Below, piece after piece: positions 1 through 12,439 of a stretch of DNA of 64,000 nt; within the stretch, counting starts at the first letter, position 1; the number at the start of each line of letters is the position of its first letter. A model generated the notes under the pieces. That model saw only the letters and a list, made by a program, of their open reading frames with translations. It was not told the origin of the DNA and searched no databases. Source of the DNA: Camelus dromedarius (lineage: Eukaryota). The DNA lies in NCBI RefSeq assembly GCF_036321535.1, contig NC_087436.1, forward strand, positions 20,338,001 to 20,402,000, in the 5' to 3' direction. The position numbers and the translations under genes are program-made.

Positions 1-829
1 TCTCCTGCTTAATCTGCCTGAGGGTGTCTATGGCTTTATCTCTCCCTCTTCTCACCTTGTCCCTCCCACCGCCTGCCCTTGCTTTGAATCCATCAATCCA
101 CATTCACGTCCCTAAAACCTGGACATTGATGGATGCGTCCCCAGTGAGGGATCTGAGATGGCCAAGCTCCTCGTGGAGGAAGGCACCCTTTTGACTCTTC
201 CCTGTCCTCTAATTCCCAAATGTCTCATCTCATTTTCTTTTACATAAATTGCTTGCTTCCACAGCCTTCTTGCCTCTCAGCCTTTCTACCCATCTCCACT
301 TCCCTCGCCTCCACACAGACTCTGTTCTGCTGCCTTAATGATATTTCTAAAGCAAAATCTGATCATGTCACTTTTTACTTAAAACGCTTTAGTCCTCTGC
401 CACTCACTAGCCATTTGGCACTAGGAAAATACTTATTTATTGGATCACCTTCCCCATTTGAAGAATAGGCTTAATAATAGTTTGCTATTACTTTTAATAT
501 ACAATATAAATATGTTAACCTGATCTATAAATCCCTACAGGATGATCTCCACCTTCACCCCTGACCATCTCCTATCTTGTATTTCCTGGTCCAGTCATCC
601 CAGTCCCCTCCCCATTCCTAGAGCACAACACTCACTCTTATTCTGTAATTTTGCACGCACTGTTCCCTCTGTCTGGAAGAATACATTCCCCCCTGCTCCC
701 GGGCCCTTCTATCCACCTTCATTGACTGATCCTTGTTTATACCCCAAGGTCCAGTTTCCTCCTGAATTGTTTCTGACACATTCTAAGCTCTGAATGAGTA
801 TTCACTGAACGAGGAACTACCAATGTATC

Positions 830-1040
830 TACTATCTATTAATAATATTATGTGCATTATCTCATTCGATGCTCACAAAATTCCTGTGAGGTCAGTATCA
901 TTGTTCCCACCGTTGTGGATGCTCCAGCCAAGCCGCGGAAAGGTTGAGTAATACACCTAAGTTTATACAATTATACAGTTATCAGTGGTGGAACTGGTAT
1001 CCAAATCCACGTCTGTCTGACTTCAGAGGCCAAGTTTGGA
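830..1040 (-). mobile_element. MIR SINE fragment
   Basis: 'cattatctcattcgatgctcacaaaattcctgtgaggtcagtatcattgttccc...aggttgagtaatacacctaag...' matches the reverse-complement MIR core from memory. Confidence 0.6.
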
Positions 1041-1554
1041 GTGAAATAGAGCATCGGGCAAGGCACGAAGGAGGAAGTCATCGTAAAATCAAATCTTAAA
1101 GCTCTCAAAAATAAAACCTTCGCATGTCAAGTATGCATAGGTTTTCCAAAGCAGCACAAAATCCTGCAAATCTGGCCTTTTCACCGACTGCTAGGAAGGT
1201 GCCAAGGGCCCACACAACAATGAGTTCTTGACCAGCAAGGAGGTGTGGCAACCATTCCAGATGACCCTCCCCCAAGGACCACGTGTCCACAGCGTCTCCC
1301 AGCATGAGAAATCAGGACTTAGCAGGTTCCTTTCAGACTCTTAGATCTCCTTCTTTCTATGCCATAAAATGTAGTTCGCTGTATTTCTTAAAAATGAAAG
1401 TTCTTTTTAACAAGGCTTTTGTATAAGTTTATGAAAAAAATACTATTAGAGTAGAAACAACTTAAATGTAAAGGATCAGCCACTCAAGCATCCATCTCCA
1501 GAACTTGGGGCTGTCTAATTGGCAGTCATAGCACATTAAAAGCCTTTATTTAAA

Positions 1555-1691
1555 GGGGGAGGGTATAGCTCCAGTGGTAGAGTATGTGCGTAGCATGCAT
1601 GAGGTTCTAGGTTCAATCTCCAGTACCTCCACTAAAAAAATAATTAAATAAATAAACCTAGTTACCCCCCTGACAAAAAACATATAAAAAA
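1555..1691 (+). mobile_element. tRNA-Ala-derived camelid-type SINE (Vic-1-like)
   Basis: GGGGGAGGGTATAGCTCCAGTGGTAGAG (A box) ... TAGCATGCATGAGGTTCTAGGTTCAATCTCCAGTACCTCC (B box), followed by AAATAAATAAACCTAGTTACCCCCC and an A-rich tail. Confidence 0.85.
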
Positions 1692-3099
1692 GACTACTTC
1701 AGTACACTCTGCACGGTCATAGATCATAGGTACAGAAATAAAAATATGGAACAAGTGTAGGTCTCTATCTTTTCAACAGATACGAATGCCTTTATTCTCT
1801 GCTCATTGTTAAGAAAATATTTTACAAATGTTTGTGGTACTTTTAAGTTTGCTAGGAGTTTTTTTTCAAATGATCTGTTAATGGTATATATCGAATAATT
1901 CTATAAAGGTTTGTCCTCAGAGAACACTGACTTCAAATAGGAAAGAAGATAACTTTCTCTAAAGATGGATGCAGTGATGGATAGAGAGCTAAGGAGATGG
2001 TTAGGAGCAACAATTAGATGTGTAGTAACAGTGGGAGGGTCCAAACACAGGGACTCAGTGGAGAGGCACTCAGAATGATGGGTACGTACATTGTGAAGTG
2101 AAAAAGGCAGAGGGCAGAGCAATGGACAGAATATATTACAATATGGGGTGTGTGTGTACGCAAGTGCATGTATGTGTGTGAGATGTCTCTAGAAAGACCC
2201 ACAAGAAACTGATACAAATGATTGCCTCTTAGAAATGGGCTTGGAGGTACTATGTAGAAGTGGAGGGAGAGATCAAGGGAGAAGAGCAGACCTGTACGCT
2301 GTATAATTTTTCCCTCCTTGCGTGTGTGTGTGTTAATCATGTGCATGCATTTTCATTTCAAAATAAAACAGGAATGCACGAGGTTGCCCAGAACTGCAAG
2401 GCTCAGGTGTTTGGGACACACTCAAGTTCAGCCAGGCTACCTTGAGTGATAAGTGATAAATGTGACCCAAGGAAGGGAGTCTGTGCCCTGCTCTCCAGGC
2501 TGAGCACCAGGAAGTGAACCAGGGCCAAACCCTCAGATGGGATTATGGAATCCAAGAGCAGAAAAGACCTGTGCCCAAGAGACTGGGTAGAGTCCTGGGG
2601 AGGTCTCCCATAACATCAGAGGAGAAATATCTCTGTGATCTGTGTAGATAGTAGCCTCAACGTCTAACCTTAAGTTATCATGATGGGACAGCAACAGAAT
2701 GTCTCCTGCATCCAAGGGAGGCAAAGATATAGCTGAGAGGAACCGACTAGAATGGGAGGGTTGCAGAGATGAAAACAAAAGATTTCTCCATGACAACCTG
2801 TGTGGACCAATCAGGGAGGAATAGATACCCCCTCGACCCCCTCAATGAAGACCAGACTTCTTCCTACCCTAACTACAGCCACCAACGCTTTGGAACCATG
2901 TAATCCATATAACCATACGAACCTAGATAAACAGATCAAGCCAGAACTCAGGTAAAACGCCATGTAAGGGAACGGGCAGGGATCCAAACTGGCAGAGATT
3001 AAGTTTCTGCCATAGAATGGTGAGTCGGAATATAAATTTGGCAGAGTCATATAAGAATAAAGTTGATACATTTCTTGTGCACCTAAATTTGTGGCCTTA

Positions 3100-3400
3100 G
3101 ACTAATACCCACCATGCATATTGTATACTTCAGCCTTCTGTGAGTTTGAGAAGTTGATCCAGAGATACTTACATGCAATGTGCCATTGGGGTGTCAAGTC
3201 CCCCACTGGTTGAATAGGCATTTTAATATCCATTGCAGGGGGCTTCCGTGCGATAGTGTATCTAAGCTGCCGGGCCCAGTGTGGATGCTCTATAAGTACT
3301 ATTTCCTTCATCCCTGTATCATCACATCAATCAGCATCCATAGAATATTACAATTTCCAAGTATACCACTGGTCAGGCATTAATTATGCTTTAGGTTGGC
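3100..3400 (-). mobile_element. possible decayed ERVL-class internal (gag-like) fragment
   Basis: Minus-strand peptides in shifting frames (WMLIDVMIQG / MKEIVL / PVGDLTPQW / TEG*SIQYAWW) loosely parallel ERVL gag motifs (WILRVWDNGGRNIKL, WPTVSELEMPDLPW, EEGIQRLREIGMLEW). Confidence 0.3.
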
Positions 3401-3769
3401 TGCTTCGTGATGGCATCTTCGCATCTTAATCTCATCAGTAAAATGTCTTCAGACCACATGGATGACTTCTGGGAAGGATTTCTGTGGCCGGTTAGCCCCA
3501 CCCACAGTGTGTGGTTTCCAGTAAGCTTCAATCAAAGAGAGTGTCCCCTCCCTGACCTGAGCATGCTGTCATTTCCCAGGCCTTTTGCCACAATCAGTGC
3601 AAAGTCCATCTCTTGGCATTCTAACTTTCCATCCCTCATACATAAGCTACATAAGATAAGCCATGCCTGCTTGTTCCAGGTCCAGGAAATGTGTGCAGCC
3701 CCAGTGCCTGACATCTATTCCTGGAGCTAGATAAGACAAAGGGAGGGGCATCAGTGCAGGCCCTTTAAA

Positions 3770-3930
3770 TACATTATTTCATTCAACCTTTCCAATCATC
3801 ACCATTTCATTGGCAGAAAACTAAGGCTCAGAGAGGTTAAGTGATTTCCCTGGTAACCAAGAACAAGTAAGTAGCAGAGCAAAACTTGAAGCTAAATCCA
3901 GAAGGCTCCAAAGCTCATGCTCTTTCTGTC
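3770..3930 (-). mobile_element. MIR SINE fragment
   Basis: 'gaaaactaaggctcagagaggttaagtgatttccctggtaacc' is a typical MIR core. Confidence 0.7.
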
Positions 3931-4440
3931 ATGTAAATGCCCATGGAGGAAGGAATGTGAAAGGTAAGTATGATTTGTACCAAAGTGATGGTTGATTGGA
4001 GTACATGGCCGGGAGTTAGAGGTATGGGGAGTCGTCTCCTAAACACGTATACGTGATTTGATAGTAGCATGTGAACTCAGAGAGTGAGAAAAGGAGAAAG
4101 AGAGAGAGAGAGAGCATTCAAACATCTTTCATTAGGCTCCGGCTAGAACGTGGGTTGAGCCTGTCTCTATGGCAGTGACAATAATGGTAACAATGCTTTG
4201 TGTGTGTCTAGTACTCAGCTCTTCTAAATACCTTGACATCCATTATATGATTCAATTCGTACAATCTTCCTGGCAAGATATACAGGAAAAGCATGATTAT
4301 TGCCATTCCTAGAGAAGGGAAAGCAGCACATTCCCCAGCAATCTCAAAACACAGAGCTGAAGTGTGTGTGGGTACTCCACATGATGGCTGAAGATCTGGA
4401 GATGGGGGTTCTCTTTTCCCTGGTGAAGCAGAGAATGAGG

Positions 4441-4933
4441 TGTGCCAATCAGAGCCTCAGTAGGAAACAGATGACATGGTCAGTTGGATAATTTGAGGCA
4501 ATTCTAACAAAAGGACTATTTACAAATGAGTGCTCAGGGTATAGGCAAACCACAAGATTCGGGCAATTCTCGGGTTTGCATCAGTAGGACCCACTACTGC
4601 ACACAAGGCTGAAGGGCAATAGGACAGTGTGGTTATTACAACAGGAAGAGAAAAATTTGTGCAGAGAGACCACCTGACAGGAGCTCTGGCTTTCGACCAA
4701 GGGACACAGCCAATCTACAGTGACCCCACAAGGAGGAGCCCAGGGAAATATATACCTTGATTTTACTTCACTCCCTTCTTCCCTCTGATCACCTGCTGGT
4801 GCCTCCTGTTAGCCAAGTCCAGCTGGAAGTCAGAGGCAAGGATATGTGAGAACAGCTTAGCCTCATGAGACACAGAACAGGGAGCAAAGGAGCAGAGTGA
4901 ATCTGTAGGAGCAAATGGAAGCTATCCTGCACA
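4441..4933 (-). mobile_element. solo ERVL LTR (LTR33-like)
   Basis: TG...CA termini with a perfect 5-bp TSD TGAGG (4436-4440, 4934-4938); reverse complement begins TGTGCAGGATAGCTTCCATTTGCTCC, like LTR33. Confidence 0.75.
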
Positions 4934-4969
4934 TGAGGTTGTCTGCTGAGTTAGAGGCCACTCTAGAAC

Positions 4970-5420
4970 TGTGTATCAGTAAGACTTCAGCTTCCTTTAA
5001 ATGGTGAAACAATAAAGAGGGGTTACCGGGCAAGCTTCAAGTTCAGTCACATCAGGAGACTGGCTCTCTGTGAGGGTGTAAGATCTGTCCTCCTCAGTGT
5101 GCCAACTCTGTACTCAGGCTGCCTTGCCTCGTGGTAGCAAAATGACTGCAGTAGTTCCTGGTGCTGCTTCTTGCACCACATTTGCTGGAGGAAGAGAGGG
5201 ACCATGGTTCAGAATTTCCAGTAAAAGTCCTGAGACTCATTCTGATTGGACTATCTTGGGTCATATACTCAATGGTGAATCAAACATTATGGCTAGAATA
5301 TAGAATGCATCCATTGGCGTCGCCTAGGTCAAGGGCTTCATCCCTAGATACAGGAATGAAATGGTTTGCCACAAACCACATAGATTCTGGAACAGAAATT
5401 AGAGCTTTGTGGGATGGTTA
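4970..5420 (-). mobile_element. MaLR LTR (MLT1-like) fragment
   Basis: 'ctcgtggtagcaaaatgactgcagtagttcc' and 'cattctgattggactatcttgggtcata' are typical of old MLT1 LTRs. Confidence 0.55.
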
Positions 5421-5504
5421 AGAGGCCACCAAGAAGTGCCCACTCGAGTAGGACTGCAGAACTGCCACTGATAGAAAAAGGGAAAAGCCAACTGGGTCTA
5501 AGAA

Positions 5505-5975
5505 GTGTTTCAGTTCAAAGTGCAAACAATCAACAGAAGCCTAACATGGACCAAATCGATGGGGGTGGTGGCGGGTATTTACTTCACTCAAGGAAACACA
5601 ACGGCTCCATCAAACATTGGTGTAGAGGCTCAAAAATGATTTTTGGAACTCAGCTTCCTTTCTCATGGATATTATTACCTCACGGTCAAAAGATGGCTGC
5701 TGCACTTCTAGGCATCCCAACCAAGTTCAATGCAGGAAAAAGGAAAGGGGGCAAATGATGGTCTAAAGGGAAAAAGCATTGTCTTAGAGAGCTATTGACT
5801 CTCTTTGCAGAGGCCAACTCTTTATTGGCCAGAACTATGCTATGCAGCCACCTCTTAGCTGCAAGGGAGTCTGGGAAGGAGGGGATTGTTGTTTTCTAGC
5901 CCGAGCTGCAGATGAAGGTAAGGGAGGTGGGGATGGGGAGTTGTTTGGGGGAGCTCATCTCTGGTGCTGCCACAG
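5505..5975 (-). mobile_element. MaLR LTR (MLT1-like)
   Basis: 'tttcagttcaaagtgcaaacaatc', 'cacggtcaaaagatggctgctgcacttc' and 'attggccagaactatgc...agctgcaagggagtctgggaa' are MLT1 hallmarks. Confidence 0.6.
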
Positions 5976-8900
5976 GAATGACTGCCTAACAGCACTGGAG
6001 GCCCAGCTGAGGCTGGAAGTCATAAATCTGTGGTCAAGCCAATCAGCAAAGGGTCACTCACTTGACAATGAAATTGTTAACTGGAAAAAATGACAGCTTT
6101 ATACTAAATTTCACTGATTCTGCTAACTTGGGAGAACTACAGGCCAAATTTTCCTAGCAAACAAAATAGTGAAGCCAACCACATAGACAATTCAGGCAAA
6201 TTCCTGGAACAATGCTGCTATCTCATTTCCAAAAAAATTAAGAGCCTTTCTGAATAAATTTCTAAACTAAAGCCCCATAGTCTGTGACATATACCAACAC
6301 CAATACTGGTTATTTTCCCAGAGAAGTTCACTTATCCGATTTTAAAGACTACTGATAAAATTTTAGTACTTTTCTAGGTAATCTTTAAAAATTAGTTCAT
6401 GCTCTATTTAGATAGGTCTTTAAAAGGAACCGCCTTAGTATGCAGGTTTTGAGTGTTTATGCATTATCACAAAACACAAATTGTTTTTCTTATGTAAGCA
6501 TCTTGAATGGGGCCATATACATATCTGCTTTTAATTAAATAAATTTAGTGGATATGATTACATAATCCAAACATAGAATTGCTCTTAGAGCCCACAGTGA
6601 TGCATCCAAAAAATGTACACATTTGACTCCAGAAGCCTTGAAGTAAAATGTGGATCTTCAAGGGTGTTCTCAAGGAGGAGCTAAGAAAGTTTAGGATACA
6701 AAACACACCTGTGTTTCCTCAGTCCCCCATCACATGGCAGCTGCTGTCCCCACAATTTTCTTCCCATCTCTCCTGCCTGTTCCAGAAGAGGGAACTTAGG
6801 TGGAATCATACATCCCCCCTTTCCAGGTTCCTGTAGGTCCAAAGCTTGACACATTTCTCCACCAGTACATCAAAGGCACCATCCCATCTTCCCAAGCAGG
6901 AAAGGACCTTCCTTCTGAAACAAAAGCGTAGGGAGAACTGACAAAGATCAAATCATAACAACGCCAAACTCTAGGCAAGTGCTTAATACAGCTTCATAGA
7001 AAGTACCAGCAACTTCCCACCTTTAATAAATAATACAAGTATTGGAGGAAAAAAATCATATGAATAATTTATGTTCACATGGCACCATATGGCAATAATA
7101 ACAGACATCACAGATCTTCGATGTGAAACAAAAGAGGGAAGGGAATAGAAGATAATGACTAAAAAGATACAAAGCAAGAGCAATGATTACATTTTCCTTA
7201 GCCAACGTGTGTTGCTGGAAAGGGACTGCTGGAAATGGGAATTTTAAACTCTTGACTAAGAGAAGTATGTGTCCTATTAAAACATGAAAAGGCTCCCACT
7301 GTAGATGTGTAAGAAAAATTATGCTTATATTCATATGCAGATATAAACTAATGAAGCTACTTTGGGGATTTGTGGATAGTCTTAGATATGTTAATAGCCA
7401 ACAAGTAAAAGAAAATGATTTCTATCTGAAAACAACAAAATGATTAATGTAAGTATTAAGATAGCCAGTAATTCCATTAATGGCTGCTTCCCATCTGTAC
7501 GATGATTATTAGCAACCATGGGGAGCAAATAACCTCTCTTCTAGGTTGGGATGTTTGGTTTACAAGCCATGTGATTTTGGTCAAGTCCTTTAGCTTTTCT
7601 CCATGTCTCTGCTTCTTCATCTGAGAAACTGAGAAGGTAATATTTGTCCTATACCTACTTCTCCAGGTTCAGTGAGGATCAAACCAGGTAATGCTTATGG
7701 CAGCATTTTGAGAATTGTGAAGTACTAGCAAACCGAAAAGTACTATTACAATTAATAATAGTGGTAGATATGATTTACTGACTCTCCACAGAGCACTGGG
7801 CAAGATACCATGTGCACTGGATGCATAATAAAATGTGCAATGCTCATTCTAACATATTTAGCTTTAGCATCCCTGTCTAAGACAGTATAGCATACTCCCT
7901 GGAATTTTAATTAGTAGATAATAAAAATAGCTACCGTTCAGTAAGCACTTATACCGCACTAGTCTAAACACTTTAAATATCTTCCATCATTTAATGCTCA
8001 CAAGAACCTGATGAGGAGGGCAGTGTTATCACCATCTTTATTTTATAGAAGGGGAAACCGAGACTCAAAGAGTTTAAGCAACTCCCCAATCCCAGTTCCC
8101 AACGTATTGAATAGTGGAATGTGGAATGGAATCCAGGTAACAGAATTAACACGCCTTGACATTTCCTCGTAGTTGAACCAGTGACTTGTGGATGTACACA
8201 AGCAACAGATCCGTGTTGACTGACTGAATGAGCATATATAGATCCCTGTGTTTTGAGTACTTAGAACATTACCATGTTCCTATGGCATATATTATTATTT
8301 TCTAAATGAGGAAAGGAAAAAGAAAACTTCTCATACCTCAAATAACTGTTACCATCAAGAAATGAACCTTCAAGAGCAGACTTTGCCAGATGGACCTTAA
8401 CTCTTAGAAGACCAGATTATAAACTTTCAATTGGTTTTGATGAAAAATTTCTAAAATATACAAAAAAAATTTTAAGGATCAGTGTACTATGGGCGGCTAT
8501 TTGAGTACCCCCCCCCAGGCCCCTATCAAGAACCAATTTAGTCTGTCTTATAAATTATTCTTTCCACCTTCTGAGTGTTTGCTCCTCACGACACCTGCTT
8601 CTAACAAAGGCAACTATGACGTATCTCTGCTGCGTATCTCTGCTCTCCTTCTTCTCTGTTTGCTCCTCTTTCCTCGTAGGTCATCTATATCCTCTTTTCT
8701 CTAGACTTTCACTTGAAAATTTGGCTTTTTGTAGACAGAATCCACCTTTTTCATTCAATTATCAATGTAAACAGTCACAATGAATTGAATGTGTTTCTAA
8801 CATTTGTCTTTCCACTCAATTCGCTTCTTGCCCCTTGCCTAGGATTTGTCCCATTGGCAACAGAGACTTTTTTCAGGGGGTCTAAATCCTAATAGACAGC

Positions 8901-9249
8901 ACTTCCTGGCAAGCCTCCCACGTTTCCTTAATTTACTCCCCACTCTCTAAAAGGGCTGTCACTTCTTATCCTTTCTCTTCTAATAGTCAACACCTCCTCC
9001 TCCATCTCAGCAGATGATCTCAGCTCTAAGTTTACTGAGAAAATATAAGCAACACTAAAAGATCTGCCTGGTCTCCCCCAACCAGATACATCATCTCACC
9101 CTTGTCCATACCCACATCCTCTCTCTTTGCTCTCTTCTGTGTCCCATACTATTTCTTTCAACAGCCTTGCAAATCACTAATTTTCTCTTCGACTATATAG
9201 GAACTCAAATCTAATACATTTGTACTCCAACAACTGTATTTTTTTAATT

Positions 9250-9345
9250 CTTGTTTTTTTATTGAAGTGTAATCGATGTACAATGTTAGTTTCAGGTGTA
9301 CAGCAAAACAATTCAGTTATACGTATACATACTTCTTTTTGGATT
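9250..9345 (-). mobile_element. short L1 3' end (artiodactyl-type)
   Basis: poly-T then 'attgaagtgtaatcgatgtacaatgttagtttcaggtgtacagc', the same 3' terminus as the L1s at 15.8, 27.8 and 49.6 kb. Confidence 0.75.
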
Positions 9346-10479
9346 CTGTGATGACTGTATTTTTTATGTACAAATTCTTGATCCTCTCTTTTCATGTTTC
9401 ATTTTTGTTTATTTTTATTCCATGATTTCTTGTTCTTTTTGATAAAAGTTATGCCTTTAATTCTTTGATCATCTCAATCATATTTATATTCAAATCTTAT
9501 CAAACTGTTCCAGAGATAAAACTGATTTTATCTATAGTCAACTTACATTCTAATTGTTGATTTTTGTTGGCTTTCTTTCTAAGCATTAAACCTATCCACA
9601 TGTTTTGGAATTTGAGTTTGCAGACTCATAGTGAAGCATTTGAAAGTTTTAACATTTTTCTATCTCTTCCCATGCCTTCAACCATAAGCTCACCCCTCTC
9701 TGTCAGCAGACCCTCAATGAAAGCCAAGTCTTGTAGCATCAATTAGGAACTCCTGCCCTAAGGTGATATTGTGGATTCTGCAGATCCAGTCACAGAGCAA
9801 CTAGGCAGCTTGGCTCAATTTGCGTTGTAAGATTGTATCTAGGCACCCCCATCTCCCTGGGTCTATAGCTTCCTAAAAGCCACATCTCCAAGTAGACGTT
9901 ATCTAGAGTTTTAATATTTTTTCAGCCTCTCTCCTGAGAAAGGAGGAGTTTTCAGGCTGTAAGATCGAAACTGATTTCTTGTGGGGCAATTTTAGTGTCC
10001 TCTACCCCTCAGGAGCTGAAATCCTGGCCATGGCTCTGTGCTCTCTACATTTCCCATAAACTTTGTGGCTTCAGCCTACTCGCTTTGGCATTTTTTGTTC
10101 TATTTCCGTCTAGGAGATGTTTGTCTTATTTTTGAACTTGGATTTATTGTTTTCTCCCTTTAGGTTTGATTTGTTATTGTCATGTATTTGCAGCATGGGT
10201 TATAAGAGCTTGAGCTCAGAAGGCCATCTTGCCTAGAAGTTGTCTCTATAATACTCTGCCTTCTCTCTTATTTCTATCAAAAGCCAGTCTCCTCATTTGT
10301 GCACTGTGTTTCATCCACCCTTGTCTTCTTGTGGACTTTGCTCCTGCAATTATTTCTCCTCTGCTCCTTTTTATACCAGAGTTCCTCAAAAGATTTCTCC
10401 ATATTCACTGTCCTCACTTTCTCATTCCTCATTCTTTCCTTGAGTCATCCTGATCAGGCATTCGTGCCTGAGACTGCAT

Positions 10480-11720
10480 TGAAAAGGGAGTGCTTTGCCC
10501 TTGTTAAGTTTGAGTTGCCAAGTAGGCATCCAAGCAGAGGTAATGAGTAAGCAGTCTTGAGGCTCAGAGAAGAGTACAGGGCTGGAGATATTAATATGGA
10601 ACCCTTCAATATACTGATCTCATGGCAGAAATGAGGATGTGTTTATCAAATATTCTTTCTCCTCTTCCTCTTTAGCACAGAACTTCAATTTTAGCTGAGC
10701 ATATTACTTTCTGAAATAAAAGCTGCAAGTAACCAATCTCCGTTGGAGTGAGGTGTAAGCACATGACAGAATCTAGTCATTGAACTGACGCGATAAACTT
10801 GCAAATATGTGTGTGTGTGTTGGTGGTGCAGTGGAGGCTTCCAAAAAGCTTCTTTAAAAGAACTGATCTGTTGGATGTCTCCCCTTTCTTTTTCCTTCCT
10901 TCTGGTGTATGTAGATGATACCTGGAGCTAAATTTGCCATCTTAGGTCATGAGATGGACCTGAGACCTAGGATGATGGAACAGAAAATCCGAGGTAGCCT
11001 GAGCCTCTGATGACTTTATAAATCTGCCACATCAGCTGAGAACTGGCTCCTTCCGACTTCTAGTAGGAGAGGGAATGAACTCTTCCATGTTTCCTCTATT
11101 GTAACGGAATCTCTCTTATCAGCAGTGGAATGTGATTCGTTAGAGAATGCATGGAACTGAAAGCCATGGAACCAGAAGAGATCATCTAGGGAATGAGAAG
11201 AGACAAGAACAGGAGAGGACCACACCAGCGCCTACGGAACTCCAACATCCATAGGAAGAGGAAGAGAATCTAGGAAAAGAGGTCAACAATGAAGGGTCTA
11301 TAAGGTAACAGGAAAACCAGGTCAGTGTGGTGTCCTGGAAGCAAGGGAAGAAAATGTATGCAGTAAGAAGCATTAATTATTGTCAAATGCTGCTCATTGA
11401 TCAAGTAAGATGAGGACTGAGGATTGACCATTGGATTTAGCAACATGAAGATCTCTGATGACCTGGACAAGAGCATGTTCAGAGGAGGGGTGGGAAAAAG
11501 CCTGACTTGAATGGGCATAAGAGAGCATGAGAGGAGAGGAAGACAGGAAATACAAACAACTCTTGTAAGTAGTTTCATCTCAGAGAAGAGCAGAGAATTG
11601 GGGCAATAGCTGGAGAAATAAGCTGGAAAAAAGTTTTTGTTTGTTTTAAAAGAAGAAAAATAATAGTATGTTTGATGCTGGTGGGAATGATCTAATTTCA
11701 TGATGCAAGAATGAGAAGGT
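10480..11720 (-). mobile_element. L2 LINE fragment interrupted by an MLT1 LTR
   Basis: 'tgttaagtttgagttgccaagtaggcatccaag' and 'gtcaaatgctgctcattgatcaagtaagatgaggactgaggattgaccattggatttagcaaca' are reverse-strand L2 hallmarks. Confidence 0.75.
10621..11151 (+). mobile_element. MaLR LTR (MLT1J-like) nested in L2
   Basis: starts 'catggcagaaatgagg', contains 'gatacctggagctaaatttgccatctt' and ends 'agcagtggaatgtgattcgttagagaatgca'; L2 resumes afterwards. Confidence 0.55.
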
Positions 11721-12325
11721 AGAATCATTGGTGTGATATTTTTGTTTAAATCAGGTTGTTCCCTGAGCTCAACTCCAATAATCACTTTAATTGGCACTTC
11801 ATTATGTTTTCATAACTAGCTATCATGTTGCTAATTTTTCCTGCTCCTTTTTCATTTAGTGTAATAAACTCAGTGCATTTTTTAAGTGGCATAAATAATT
11901 ACAAAAATTTTTTTAAAGGCTTGATTTAAAAAAAATGAAAATATATCCTAATTCAATTCTATTGTATTTAGATTAAATCTTTTAGATGCTAGGTGCTTCA
12001 GAAATCTCCAATGTATTAGGAAAAAGCATGAGTTGAAGGAAAAAAAAAAGAGAAACGTGCAAAATTTTTACTCTGTGGTAGACTTGGTATCCAAGGATTG
12101 GAACTTTGATCTACAGTATAAGGCATGATTTTGAGTTTATCTTTCCTGTTGGAATTACAGCAAAAACAAATAAGCAAATAAAATGTTAACATAAAAGTAT
12201 TAGCTTAAAGTGCTTAAAGTGCTACCCAGTATTAGGTAAGAATGGAGACGACTACAATGTGTGTGTTGAGCTTAAAGAATTTATGTTATCTGGAGACTGG
12301 AACTCTATCAAGACTAGAAGGTGGA

Positions 12326-12439
12326 GGGCTCACAGTCTTTAAGGCATTAGCCTTCTGTGACTCCCTTTGCCTGGCAATGCAATAAAGCTGTTCTTTTCTA
12401 TCCTCCAAACAAACAAACGAACAAACAAACAAACAAACT
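12326..12439 (+). mobile_element. retroposed ERV1-LTR 3' fragment with (AAAC)n tail
   Basis: LTR-like text with AATAAA at 12381, then an (AAAC)n tail, flanked by an 11-bp TSD TAGAAGGTGGA. Confidence 0.6.

Noticed and set aside
1555..1630. tRNA-Ala-like gene (also at 18810, 25640, 48800)
   Set aside because: Degenerate stems, an extra 5' segment, A-rich tails and TSDs show these are SINEs, not tRNA genes
11270..11797. 175-aa minus-strand ORF
   Set aside because: Lies within a decayed L2 element and starts at a non-ATG codon
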